DNA from: Camelus dromedarius
Taxonomy: Eukaryota
DNA: 64,000 nucleotides
NCBI RefSeq assembly: GCF_036321535.1
Contig: NC_087437.1
Location: 44,084,001-44,148,000, forward strand
Direction: 5' to 3'
The position numbers were made by a program, and so were the translations under genes. Of the stretch, positions 40,445 through 53,004 are shown in pieces. Below the pieces are notes generated by a model. That model saw only the letters and a program-made list of their open reading frames with translations. It searched no databases and was not told the origin of the DNA. Positions within the stretch are counted from its first letter, which is position 1, and every line of letters begins with the position of its first letter.

Positions 40445-42387
40445 TTTCTGCTCTGCCTATAAAGAAAATTCTATTTGACTTGCCTTCTGCCATAAAACTA
40501 GTCAACTGGACAAAAGATCGAAAACATTTGTTTTCAGATATTGGACGAAAGAGAACTCAGGGCTGTGATCTCTGAGAAAAGGGAATCAAATTAGGTGAGC
40601 CTTAAAACTGCCCTGGATTTCTACCCAGGGGCGATTCCCAGAATATGATAAAAGGAAGAAGAACCCAAATATATCCTGAGTTGAAAAGAGAGAGATTAAA
40701 CTTTGGAAATAATGAGCCACCCGTATCTGTGGAGTCACTATTGGGGGTAAGAGAGGTAAACAGAGAAAGGGCTCGATGTCGGCAGAGGAGTACTTTGAAG
40801 TTTTTAGCTGAATACCAATCAGTGCAAAGGGTGAAATTCCATATTGCACAGAGAACAGCTGTTGAGAAAGTGCCACTACCAGAGAGCTCTAAATTGAGCA
40901 ATTTCTAGAGTTCACACAGGGCTAGGAATCACTCATGTTCCCACCAGCAAGAGTGGAGAGACCTGTTGACTGCACGGGGCATCTGGTTGAGCTCCAAAAG
41001 TGTCACACACCTTACTGGTGTGCTAAAGCAGTTCTAGACTAAAGGCTTCTTTAGGGCTGCCCTAAAAAACAAAAACAAAACAAAACAAATTAAAAAAAAC
41101 TTAAAAGCGTTCTTATAATGATCAGGCTGATCTACAAATAACTCAAAAGCACACCCAAAGTTCAACCTCTTTAAAGGAATACAATAAAATTCATTACTCA
41201 AAAGTGTACAGGTCACAGAGTCAGAATGTTCTGCATCCAATCAAAAGTTACTATACATGAAAAGAAGCAGAAAATTGAGACTCATAATCAAGAGAAAATT
41301 AATAGAAATAGACCCAGAATGATGAAATTAGCAGATGACTTTAAAGTTACTGTTATAAGTATGCACAACAATGTGAAGACAAACATGAACCAGGAAACAA
41401 TGGAAGATATAAAAATGTAAGAATGCTAATGTTAAAAATATTAGAAGTTTCAAGTAGAAATTTTAGAAATAAAAAGTAAAATAATGTAAATGAAAATACC
41501 ACTGTATGGGGTTTATGGTAGAATAGACATGGCAGAAGAAGCCATTAGTCAACTGAAAGTTATAGCAAGAGAAACTGTTTAAAAATAAAAGAAAAAGGAC
41601 TGAAAAAAATTAACAGAGCTTCAATGACCTGCTGAATATCTATATCTGTACCTGCATATCTGTATCTATATCTAATCTATGTGTTTATTTATAATATATG
41701 TATAATAGAGTATCAGAGGAAAGAAAAATGAAGGAAAGAGAGACAAATACTTGAAGATAGCAATTAATGGCAGAATTTTTTTAGGATTTGGTGAATATTA
41801 TAAGTTGACAAGCCAAAGAAACTCAACAAACTCCATACAAGGTAAACACAAAGAAAACCACACAAAATCACATAAAAATCAAATCAAACAAAATTGAGTA
41901 ACAAAGAAAATAAATTAAAATGGCAAGACACAAAAGATGCATGGCCAACAGAATAGAAAGGATAAGAAAAAACATAGACTTCTTGTCAAAACTATCTTAG
42001 CCAGATAGCAAGGGAAAAACCATTTACGATGCTGAAAGAAAAACAAATATATCAGCCTGGAAATTCAATAGGAATTTCAGTAGAAAAAAAATCTTTTTTC
42101 TTTAAGTTTTTGGAACTTTTATATTTCTAAATAAGCCTGGGTCAAAGAATAAACTACAAGAGAAACTAGAAAAATCTTAAACTAAACTATATTGAACACA
42201 CAACTTGTCATAATTTGTAGGATGCAGGTAAATCAAAGGTTAGAACAAAATTTATGGCTTTAATCCTTTATTAGGAAAAAAAGCAGCTAAAATCAGTATT
42301 ATACACTTCTAACTTAATAAGCTAAAAAAAGAGCAAATCCAAAGTAAGTACAAGGACACAGATAATATAGCTATGAATAGAATTCAA

Positions 42388-42620
42388 GTGGAGGGATAAA
42401 TTGGTAGTTCAGGATTTGCAGGTACTAACTACTTTATATAAAATAGATAAACAACAAGGTTCTACAGTATAGCACAGGGAACTATATTCAATATCTTGTA
42501 ATAACCTATTAAAAAAAGAATATGAAAAGGAATATATGTGTATAACTGAAACCTTAATCTGTATACCAGAAGTTAATTAAACATGGTAAACCAACTGTAC
42601 TTCAATTAAAAATATTTAAA
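42388..42620 (+). mobile_element. Lineage-specific L1 3' end
   Basis: 'gagggataaattgg...tatagcacagggaactatattcaatatcttgtaataacc...tacttcaattaaaaa'; flanking aattca repeat. Confidence 0.9.
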
Positions 42621-43110
42621 AATTCAGTAGACTAGTAAACTGTCAAACAATAGGGAAAAGCAATGTAAAAACAGCTATTAAAAAAAGATTGATAAAGTTC
42701 TAGCTAGTCTGATCAACACAGAAAGGAAGGTACAAATTGCTAACATCAGAAAAAAAGAGGGAATATCAGCACAGATCGTATAGACATTTAAAAGATAAGT
42801 GAACATTATGAACAACTTTATGTCAATTTATTAAAGAGCATAGATAAAATGAACAAATTATCTACAAGACACATATTATCAAAAATGACTCAAGGAGGAA
42901 AAGAAAATCTTAATAGCCCTATTATAATTGATGAAAATGAATTTATTGTTTAAAACCTTTCCACTAAGGAAACGCCAGGCCCAGACTGCTTCATTGGCAC
43001 ATCTTAACAAACATTTGAAAAGAAATAATACTAGTCCTAACCAAATCTCTCAAAAAGTAAAGAAAGAGGGAAAGCATGCCCACCAATATTACGAGGCATT
43101 ATTACTGCAA

Positions 43111-43604
43111 TGTTACTGAACCAAACTTGAATCCTCTTGCCTTTGTGTAGTAAAACCAGTCTACCTATCCCAGGCTGTGGTGAAGGGAAGTGCAGTGTTT
43201 ATTGCAGGGCACCAAGCAAGGAGTCCAGGGCAGCTAGTGCTCAAAAGTCCCGAACTCCACGATGGGTTTTAGGAAGACATTTTAAAGGCCGGGTGAGGGA
43301 GGGGGGTCACAGGGTATGCGATCAGCTGGTGCACAATTCTCTGACCAGTTGATGGCGAAATAACAGGGCAGTGTCACAGGGGTTAACATTATCAATTCTT
43401 AGGTACCAGTGGGTCTGGGGGCTATGTGCTCTTGGTCAACCAGTAGTTTGCCTCTTCCATTTTGTGGGAGTTTTAGCATCTTTAAAGCAACTCAGGAAAT
43501 GTGCATCAGGCACTTTTATCTAGGTACTTCAGAGAGGAGCTAAAGCAGAGGATATGGGGGAGGGCTCTGTCCCTGAAGGCCCCATAAGGTCCTGCTTGGT
43601 TACA
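43111..43604 (-). mobile_element. ERV1-class solo LTR, 494 bp
   Basis: TGTTAC...GTTACA termini; minus-strand AATAAA at 43198-43203; interrupts L1 ORF2. Confidence 0.88.
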
Positions 43605-43987
43605 CTAATACTAAAACGAGGCAAATAAGATGATTTACCAGAAGAGAAAACTGTAAATGCAGACACAAATATCCTTAGTGAAAAATCAAATTGTGTCTAA
43701 TAATACATAAAAAGGATGATACATCCTGACAAGCAGGGTTTATCCCACAAATATAAGTTTTAACATTTGAAAATTAGTGTAATTTATATATTTAGAGAAT
43801 AAATAATAAAAACCATCCAATCATCTCAATAGATAAGGGGAAAGCATTTGCCAAAACTTAATACCTATTGACTGGGGCCAGAGGTGGGATGGGGGCAGAT
43901 ATTAAGGGTAAAAGGGTGCAAAGGGACTACTTAGGATGATGGAAATGTTCTGTATCTTAAATGTTGTGGTAGTTGCAAGGGTGAATT

Positions 43988-44518
43988 TGGTTGGGGAGGA
44001 AAAAGTATTTTTACTGTACTTTTATTAAGTCCTCTGTCTGGGGCCCTTTAAATTTGATTGGCAAAAGACAGGTTAACAAGAGAAAAACAAAAATTTATTA
44101 ACAAGCACATCACACAAATATACATGAAATTACGCAGTGATGAGTAACTCAAAGGGGTGGTTAGAACACACACAAAAAAGAGGTCTGGGCTTCTGAGGAG
44201 GTTATGGGAAGGTGACAAGGAGAAACATGTTAAATAAGTGTTATCTTATAGTATTTGTTGTGCAGATTTAAATCCCTGCTTTCTCCATTACTAAGGGTTG
44301 CTATGAGCTCTCCTCTTCCTCTAGGGAAGAGCCCCCTCCTTTTGCAAATGGAAACTTTCTTTATTTCTTTATAAATGTAATTTTTATTTGCAAAAGGAAA
44401 ACTTGTGCCCTGTTTTTAGAGATTTTCCTGTGTCTTCTGCTTCCTAATGGCCTTTAGCTAAAAATAATCCATAGGCTAACGAGGCATATTTTGGGGTGGC
44501 ATGTACTGGTATCCTTTA
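43988..44518 (-). mobile_element. MER34-like ERV1 solo LTR
   Basis: 'ggggaggaaaaa...caaaagacaggttaacaagagaaaaac...ctaaaaataatcc...ggcatattttggggtggcat'; interrupts the L1 3' UTR. Confidence 0.85.
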
Positions 44519-45420
44519 ATACATTTATCATCTAACAATGCACTTAAATGGGATGCACTTTATTGCATGTAAATTTTACCTCAACAGAATCACAAGATTG
44601 CACCAATTTTTATTGTCATCAACAGTGAAAGAGAGTATGGTAAACAATTAAAAACAAATTCCTTACGTTGCCCGAGGCAAGTTTCTCTTTCTTTCCAAAG
44701 ATTTCTGAATTTACTGTTGAAGTTGGCCACTTAATGGAGTCATCTTTAGTGCATTAATAATTTGAAACTCAAATAAAGCAGGTCTAATATGCTAATTTGG
44801 TAGTAAGAATGAGCTGTCATGTTTATATAATTTTATATATTTACATTGTAATATTTACATACTGAAAATGGGAAGAAAACTCAAATGACTTGGTTATTAA
44901 AAAGTCATTTGTCACATGGGCAAATGCTTCAGAGGATAAGCAAGCAACATAAAGCAAACAGAGCTGTACAGAGAGAATCGAACCTATTGGAAAGAGAATG
45001 ACTTCCCTAAAATCATTCAGATGCTATTTTTTGAAAACAAGTTTCCAGATGAACAAAAGTGTCTGAGGACAGGTAAGTCCAGAATTTGTGATGTCATAAA
45101 ATAACCCTTAAATTAGAAAGTAGACCATTCTCTTTAAATTCAACTTCAATAAATCAAATTGTCTTACAAATTTTTGATGTATTTTATACTTTCATTTTTG
45201 TTTCCACTATTTAACTTTTATTTCATTAGGTGCTAATAAGGGGCAATTCAATCTCAAGTTCATTTCTTACAACCATTGTGAATTTTAAAATATTATTATT
45301 TTCTATTTGTTATCAATCTGAAGTAAATAATAAGTTTCTTAAATTTTAGGAGAACTAAAGAAATTAATAGCTCTCGCAAACTGGAAAGCAGGTAATATAT
45401 AGGACACTTTATGAAAGAGG

Positions 45421-45905
45421 TGTAGGGAAGGAAGAAAAAGAAATTTTTTTTCCTTTACTCTTCTAGGTTCAGTGACAAAATAACAAAAAGGGTGGGGGGA
45501 GATTTAATTACATACATAAGTTCATACCTGTGTACAGAGAACTCACAAAGGAATGTGATTCCATGAGTCAGAATTTGAGGCTTATATATGATCTTAGGCT
45601 AGACAAAGGAAAAGGGATTCGAAACTTGTAGGGGAGGGAGGTAAGTTACAGGAAGATGAGGGGAGGAATTGTAAAATAATGGTTATGTAGGTTTTTCATG
45701 CAGTTAAGAGTCTGTTTTGGTGCTATAAGTTGTCTCCAGAGTAGTTCTCTTCCTGGTAAGGAAGAGGGAGACGCCATTACAAATGGACACTTATGTCCTG
45801 CTTTTAAGCAGGAAAGGGGGAAGGCAGAGAGCTGATTGCCTTCAGCTCAAAATAATCCTTATGACAAAGTGGTACATTTTAGGGTGGCATATTCTGGCCT
45901 CTTCA
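45421..45905 (-). mobile_element. MER34-like ERV1 solo LTR
   Basis: TGTAGGG...CTTCA termini; 'cttcagctcaaaataatccttatg...ggtggcatattctg'; flanks GAGG / GAAG. Confidence 0.88.
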
Positions 45906-45909
45906 GAAG

Positions 45910-46507
45910 TGCTACTGGAGAGTGGGTTTTTGTCTCATTGTAGAAAGAATTCAGAGGCAAGACACAGGTCAGGAAAGTAGAGTGAGGATTTATTAAGCAG
46001 TAGTACGCTGTCAAGGGGACAGGGGCAGACTCAGGTGAACGGCTGCCCGAGTTTCTTCGGCAGGTGGTTACATGGGGTGTAAAAACGAATGGGCAGAATA
46101 TTCATTGAGGAGGGAGTGGCTGTGGGTCATATTCCTTGATTTTTATACCAGCCCCACCTTCCCGAGGGAAGGAGGGATTTTTGTCCTTATTTAGTCTTTA
46201 CTGGAAGTGTCATGGCCTCCGTGCGTGATGGGTACTTCTTTTCTGTGAGGCTAATTGTATTGTAATGAGGGCATAATGAGCAAAAGGTCACATTTGGACA
46301 CAGGAGATGCCTATCTTTCCTCACCTTTCTTTGTCTGCCTCCAGGACACTTGTCTCCCCAAAATATGTGATTTCTTTATCAGTCTGGAGGTTCCTGCTTT
46401 CCTCTGTCTGTGCAAGGACCTGCCTTGTTCACAAGACATATGGTTTGCTGCCATTTGGCCCGTGCCCCCTTTTCTAGCTCACATCTAGCTGTCTGCCTGC
46501 TGTAACA
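45910..46507 (-). mobile_element. ERV1-class solo LTR, 598 bp, of a different family
   Basis: TGCTAC...GTAACA termini; perfect TSD GAAG (45906-45909 and 46508-46511); minus-strand AATAAA at 45989-45994. Confidence 0.9.
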
Positions 46508-47781
46508 GAAGGAAGAAGGAATATTAGAAACAGTATGAATTAATAATCTCCCTTATGCTCTTTATTAATTTTACTTTAAAGTTTTTGGAGAAAGATGAAA
46601 TATAATTGTGTTATATTTTCAATTAGCCAATCATTAAGTATTTATTAAACGCTTATAAATCTGGCAAGTCTAAAAACAGCAAGTAAGAAATGCTATAGAT
46701 GTGTGCCTTGAGATTTGAAAGACAAGGCCATGTTTGCCCTGCATATGTTTAAAAATACCAAGAAAATAAAAATTAAGTGCTATGTTAGGATAAAGGAAAA
46801 CTAAAGGTTTTAGAAGAGGTGTGAGGGGCATGATGAAATAAGTATGTCAAGCTAACTCTAGCAACTCTAGCAATGGTATGTCTATCTCTGTTTTTATGTT
46901 GATTCATTCTTAAAATTGCTCACATGTTGCGAGTCCCTCATTGCCCAAGGTGATCAGATACCACATTTTCCAGCGTCATCCTGAGATTTATTTTTTCCCT
47001 CATAGATTTCTTCCTATTCAGCCTATTATCCTGTCAAAAAAAAAAAAAAATCTGTCCAAAATATCTATGTTTATCTCGCCTCATTTGTTCTCTGACTTTT
47101 TTTTTTTTCCTTCTTCTCATTTTGTAAACCTGGTCACCATAGGAAGGACAGCAGCCATTCACTTGAGAGAAAGTCTATTTTAAGTACTAGCTGCCCACTC
47201 GAGGAAGGTTGGAAACTCCTTCATCTCCTTTTCTGTAACAATACTGCCTGGCAGGTAGTCAGCAGGAAAGGGGACGAGGAGCTTTCTGAAAGAAAGCATT
47301 CTCTGTAGAAAGTAGGGGCCCATTATGATATTGAACAAAAGTAGTTTTCCTGGAATCATTTTTCTAAGAATGCCTGGTATGCCACTTTGACTTTATTCAA
47401 AAAAAAAAAAAAAAAAGAAGAAGAAGAAGGAAAAAAGATGAGAAAAGAAGAGAAAGAAAAAGAAAATGAAAATGCTGTAACAAAATGATACTCTTTTTTT
47501 ACTTTGATTCCCTGTAATTCATGTGTTATTGTTGACTACTAATTTTGTTAGCACTTCGTAAATTGAAACCACAGCACTTGTATTTTCATAAGGGATTGGC
47601 GTAGTTCCTGTGTTCATTTTGGACATTCATCTATGATTAATATTTTAAGACTGAGAAACCTCACCTTTTACCTCAATTTCATCTTGGAAGAGAAAGCTGT
47701 TACCCCTGAACAGCTATTAAATGTTGTTTTCATTTAGTTAGTATTTGCCAAATTTCTGCAGCTCAGTTGGCATTAATTGCT

Positions 47782-47812
<31 letters not shown>

Positions 47813-48752
47813 CTGCAGTGACGAGGCTGAACCCTGGAAGATATTTTACCTCTCAGCATGAAAATGCTGTACTTTTAAATATTATTAGAGATGTTCAGGT
47901 CATTTTTTGTCATGGAGATGAAACTTCTGTTTTCAGGATTGGTCATTTCAAGGTGTTTTGAGGAAGTACATTTGTCTCCAAGCTAATAATACCATTTAAG
48001 CATTTTCATTGCATTTTTAAAAGATGACAGAGATTAAATCATGCTGTCACCTGGGTGTTTATATTAAACCTTAGTGTTCTTGGGTTTCAGCTGTAGATAT
48101 TTATTTCCAGCTTTATTGTGGATTTTTAACATGTCCTAAAGTTCTCAATTTATTAAGTTCACCATTCTGTGCTATATCATACAGTTAGCACGCATAGTCC
48201 TTTCCCTTAATGCTTTTCTTTGGGTTCCTCTTGAGGGAGTTTTGCCAGTTTGTTGAATAATTGATTGTTACACATAGATTAGTCAAGTGTGTGTGTGTGT
48301 GTCTGTGTGTGTGCCCTTCATTTTATAGTTCCATGATAATCGTATTAAATATACAATTACACTTTTCTTAACTATTTTCCCTTTTTCAGATGTGTCTTAG
48401 ATGATTATCACCACTATCAGTAGACTCACATGGATGAGGCTGAGATTGCTAACAAGAGAATATCACTTTAAAACTTTCTGGCATTTAAGCCAAGATTTCA
48501 TGGGATCCTCTTAAAAAGTGCATAAATCATTATACACTATGATTACAAGCTTGTATTTAGTATTTCGTTACACAGCTTGTCGACAGTGTGGAATAGTGTT
48601 GTTCCTAGCAGCAAATTAGAATGCTTTGTAGTATCACTCCTACCTGACTTTCAACTTGACACCTTCATATTCTATTATTTTTATATGCATCATAGTTTAT
48701 CTTAATTATGTGAAATAACCTACAAAAAATCAGTTATTGTTAAGCAACTCTG

Positions 48753-48793
48753 GTGTGTGTGTGTGTGTGCGCGTGTGTGTGTGTGTGAGAGAG
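48753..48793. repeat. (TG)n(CG)n(TG)n(GA)n microsatellite
   Basis: Seen directly; another (TG)n at ~48287-48313. Confidence 0.95.
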
Positions 48794-49149
48794 TATATTA
48801 TACAGATAGTTCCTTGGCTTCTTTGTTTATTGAAACTGTGGTGGAAAGATCATTAAAATGACAATACTCTCCTTGCCATTAATTACTACTTACATTGTTT
48901 CCTTGTTAATGGATGCTTCTTACTATGTCCTTTGTTCTCCATCAGAATTAATTCTCTTAAGATGCTGTATGCAAATTTATGGAAAAAAAAGAGAATCAAA
49001 CATTTAGTAATAGTAGTATTGAAAGGAGACTTTTGCCCACTGGTCAGTCCTCACACAAAGCAGAATTTTCTTGATCGAATTTTTATTTTATATTCACAAG
49101 TATATAGAATAGTAAATATGTGCATATTATGTATTCAGCTATTTAGAAC

Positions 49150-49560
49150 CATAGTGTCAAGTGTGTTTGGAGAAGCCTGAGTTAAATGAACTGGATGTTC
49201 ATGGAGGGTTAGGAATCAGAAGGATGAGTTTGTGGTGATAAAATAGCAACATTACTGATGGAACTATGGGAGAGTGAACAGGGAAAGAGGATGACTGTGT
49301 TTATGAAGATCACTCTGGCAGATGCAGAAAGGATGATCAGAGGAAAGGAAGAATTTAGTTGTAGGGAGTTACTGTCTTGGCAAGACATGATAATGGCCTC
49401 ACCTAAAGGAAATGGAGAGTTAGGGGGGGTAGATTTCAATGACATTTATAGGACTTAGCGACTGTTTGGAGAATGTGGGAGGTTAGAGGCAAGGATAACT
49501 CCTAAGTTTCTGTCTAGGGCAACTGGGTGGATGGTAGTATCCAGACCCAGAAGAGAGGAG
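49150..49560 (-). mobile_element. L2 fragment
   Basis: 'aagatcactctggcag...caaggataactcctaagtttctgtctagggcaactgggtggatggtagt'. Confidence 0.8.
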
Positions 49561-49774
49561 GTAAAATATGTTGGACCAGCATTTCCAAGCATGATGAAAT
49601 CTTGCTTAATTTATCTCTACCCACTGTTGCTGTATAGTATGTACTCTACCCAACCCCCAACCCTCACCCCTGCCTTTCTTTGCTTACCTAGCTATCTTGT
49701 TTCCCTAGGACTCAGTATTTAGCAGCTATAAGGATTAGAATCACACTAGGAATTCTTGGCTACAATCAACCAAC

Positions 49775-50047
49775 AATGTGTGATAAATAAGGGCTGTATT
49801 TTATGCAGACACGTTTCTCAGGTGATAAGTGTTGCCTTCAGGAATAGTTCTCCTCTTGGTAAGGGGACTTTTACAATGGAAATTTTCTATATAAATGTAG
49901 ATTTCCTTTACAAAAGGATGAATGCATACTTTTATGTTTAGACAGGGGAGGTTAAAGAGCTTTTCCTGTGTCTGTTCCTTCTTTTTAGCTCAAAACTATC
50001 CATATGCAAAAGGCATGTTTGGGGGTAGCATATTCTTGTACCCTGCG
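49775..50047 (-). mobile_element. MER34-like LTR fragment
   Basis: 'gctcaaaactatccatatgcaaaaggcatgtttgggggtagcatattct' is similar to the copies at 43988 and 45421. Confidence 0.8.
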
Positions 50048-50788
50048 AGCATATCTACCTAATTCTTGGAACTGTAATCTTGAAGATCCATCCTGGTTGC
50101 TGAGACTGGAATTTCCTTCCAAAAATGGTTTGCAGGATTACAGTTTTGAGAGTTCAAATCCTTTTCTGTCTAGCCTTTTCTCTCCATGGATATCTATGCG
50201 TTTGACCAATGTGTTTGTCCTGCTTGTGTTATACTTTTTATTGAGAAAATAAGTACCAAGTGTATGTAATTATTTTATGGATTGTGACATTTTACCTACC
50301 CGCACACAATTCCATATCATACAATGCCAACATTCATAGCTTTGAATAACTACTTCATAAATTTTTTCAAATTTTCGCAAATATCTTCCCTTGAAAATCA
50401 GAACTAAATAATGACTTCAGTAACTAGCTACCCACAATGAATTTAAACTGCAACATTGTTTCTTTTTTCTTATGTATAGTTCTTGATAGAATCCTCAAAA
50501 TTAGTGATAAAGAATAATATCCTCCTTTGCCCACTCTCTCCCTGGAGTAATTTAGAAATACACTGTTGGAAACACAAATAGGTGATGTGGTTGGAAGTAT
50601 TGTTTCTTCTTATGTCGTCTAAGTTGTCTAAAAAATGTGCTCTACAGCAAAATGTCAGAATGCATATAGAGGACATACTCACTCTCATAGACCTCCTTTC
50701 CAATATTCTGAAAATCTTGATAATTTTAATAATTATATTAGTATTCTTTTCACCATTCAGTGAAACTATTCTAATACCACCCATGATG

Positions 50789-51103
50789 TTTTTATAGTCA
50801 ATTTACAATGTTGCACTAGTTTTTAGTGTGCAGCATAGTGATCCAGTTATACATGATTTGTATTCCTTTTCACATACTTTTTCACTATAGGTTATTACAC
50901 AATATTGAATATAGTTACTTGTGCTATACAGTAAGACCTGTTATCTATTTTACATATGGTAGTTTGTATCTGCATCTCTCAAACTCCCAATTTATCCCTC
51001 CCTACACCCTTTCTCCTTGGTAACCATAAGTTTGTTTTCTATGTCTGTGAGTCTGCTTTATATGCAATCTAAAAAAATGACACAAATGAACTTATTTACA
51101 AAA
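50789..51103 (-). mobile_element. Short L1 3' end with 5' inversion
   Basis: Antisense L1 3' UTR up to ~51057, then sense-oriented 'tatatgcaatctaaaaaaatgacacaaatgaacttatttacaaaa'. Confidence 0.88.
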
Positions 51104-51410
51104 GATGCCGTTTGTTTTTGGTGCGTGTGAGTGTGTATTTTAAACTATTGCATTCACTTTTTTTCTCTTTCACTTCTTTTATCTTTTTTTTTTTTTTTTT
51201 TTTGGAAATTCTCATAAGTGTCCTCCTCTCTTTTATCCTTCTAGCTCTTATTTGCTCTTTCAGATCAACCTACCTATTTCCCCTTCCCACCTCTCTTCAT
51301 GTTTGAACTTTAATTTGCCATCTTTCCCTCCTTGAATGTCTTTCATCATCTTTGGTAATCCATGTCCTTTTCTTTGAGATCCTTTAATTCACCCTTTCTG
51401 ATGGTGGTAA

Positions 51411-51790
51411 TTTATTCATCTTTACAATATTTGTTGAAGGCATAGTACAGGGTAGAAGCTGTGCTAGGTGCCAGGGATGTAGTGATGGACACATAAGGAG
51501 TCTCTGACAGAACACCTTGCAAGGACAGAAATAATTCAGCAGTACATGCAGCACAATGTGATAAGAGCCTTAGTGAAAGGAGGAGGTCCAAGTTGTCAAG
51601 GGGCATCTGGAAGCACATAGAAGAGACCCCAACTACGGTTGGATTGAAGAATTCCTGCATATGACTTACTCCAGCAAAGGGGAAGTGATGAAGGCAGAAT
51701 TTTCCAGGCGTACAAGACCCAAAGGAGAGAGAGAGAGAGGGAAAGAGAGAGTGTGTGTGTACAGGGCCCTTTATTGGTACTGAAACTGTT
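51411..51790 (-). mobile_element. L2 fragment
   Basis: 'tttattcatc...tatttgttgaag...ctgtgctaggtgccagggat...acaatgtgataagagc'. Confidence 0.7.
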
Positions 51791-52239
51791 TCAGTATAAA
51801 TGAATGTGTATTTATGTTAATTTCTGTGCAACCACAAAAACTTTTTGAGGTTTCTGTTTATCTTTATGATTCTCCTCTGCTCAAAAATAGAGGACTTCTG
51901 TATTCCACTTTCATAATAAATTCCCACATGCCATAATTCAGCTTGTAGATAACTGGTAATTTATACCTGTTATTGACTAATTTTAGGTGACTGGGGCAGG
52001 TGTGTAAATACATTTACAAGTTTGGCGTAATGAGTCAGGGTTGATGTGTGTGTTTCTCCTCTTAAGAGGAAGTCAGAATGTGATGATTATAGTGTTTTAT
52101 TGGCAAGCATTCAATTTCAGGTTACTTTTGATAAAGTGTGAACATGTATATATGTTACATTATGCAATTTTACTGGGAAAAGGACTGCTCTATTCTGGAA
52201 CAAACCACAACCTAGATTTTAAATCAGAAGTTCATGACA

Positions 52240-52325
52240 TTATAATGATAAAATGGGCCTTTAACATAGTAAATGATCAGCTGATTTTACAGATGAGAAA
52301 ACTGAGACCCAGAGAGGTGAATGAA
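52240..52325 (-). mobile_element. MIR core
   Basis: 'attttacagatgagaaaactgagacccagagaggtgaatga'. Confidence 0.85.
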
Positions 52326-52906
52326 AGAGAGAACTCTAAATTAAATGCCATGAGGATTTTTGTGTGTGTCATATTTGTGTTTATTTCTAATACTTTTCAG
52401 AATAGCTATTCTACTTGTTTGCCACTTCAGTTGTTTGCGTAACTTATATAATCATTTTTTCATCAATAAGCTAGCAAACATGGTGTTTGAGCCTCGGATT
52501 TTTTTTAAATTAGTCTGGTCAAAACTAAAAGTTAAAGAATTCTAGAGGAAGGAAGTAGAAATTATTTTTTATTCTAGATGTCCTCTGGGAGATAAAGTCT
52601 AAATAAATGGACTTATTTTTGTGCTCTACTTCCTCTCTTGCAAATGAATAAAGATAAATCTCCAATTTGTTGCCCATCTTTGCTAGGGATTATTTTTTGT
52701 GTGAGTCACAGCACTTTAACCCAACACTCACTATGTTTCTATTTAAAAGGCAATGCAAATATCAGTGTCCTTCTTTTACCAAGGAGGACGGAAGGCACTG
52801 GAAGACTGGATCCAATCACTTCTTTAAGTGCTCTCAGTTAATTAGTAACAACTGATGTCAGAACATTGTGACATCAGTGCTCTAGTTTTGCATTCTTTCC
52901 ACCCCC

Positions 52907-52995
52907 AAGAAGGAGGATAAGAGGAGGGAGGAGGGAGAGAAGGAAGAAGGTGATGGAGGAAAAGGAAGAAAAGGAGGGGAGAGGGGACAGGGGGC
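52907..52995. repeat. Polypurine (GA-rich) low-complexity tract
   Basis: Seen directly in the sequence. Confidence 0.9.
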
Positions 52996-53004
52996 AATGT
53001 CTCT

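Larger units (their letters stand above)
40445..44593 (+). mobile_element. Internally deleted L1MC/L1MD-like element (5' UTR, ORF1 and ORF2 pieces, 3' end) hosting three younger insertions
   Basis: ORF1-like remnants at 41226-42060; ORF2 remnants at 42125-43868 ('ccaggcccagactgcttcattgg', 'aaagcatttgccaaaac'); 3' UTR 'gatgatggaaatgttctgtatctt...catgtaaattttacctcaa'. Candidate TSD aagcttgcacca (40433-40444) / aagattgcacca (44594-44605). Confidence 0.85.

Noticed and set aside
43988..50047. Three MER34-like LTRs in the same orientation as possible provirus ends
   Set aside because: No gag/pol/env or primer-binding site seen between them, the copies are quite diverged, and the first sits inside an L1 whose sequence resumes directly after it.
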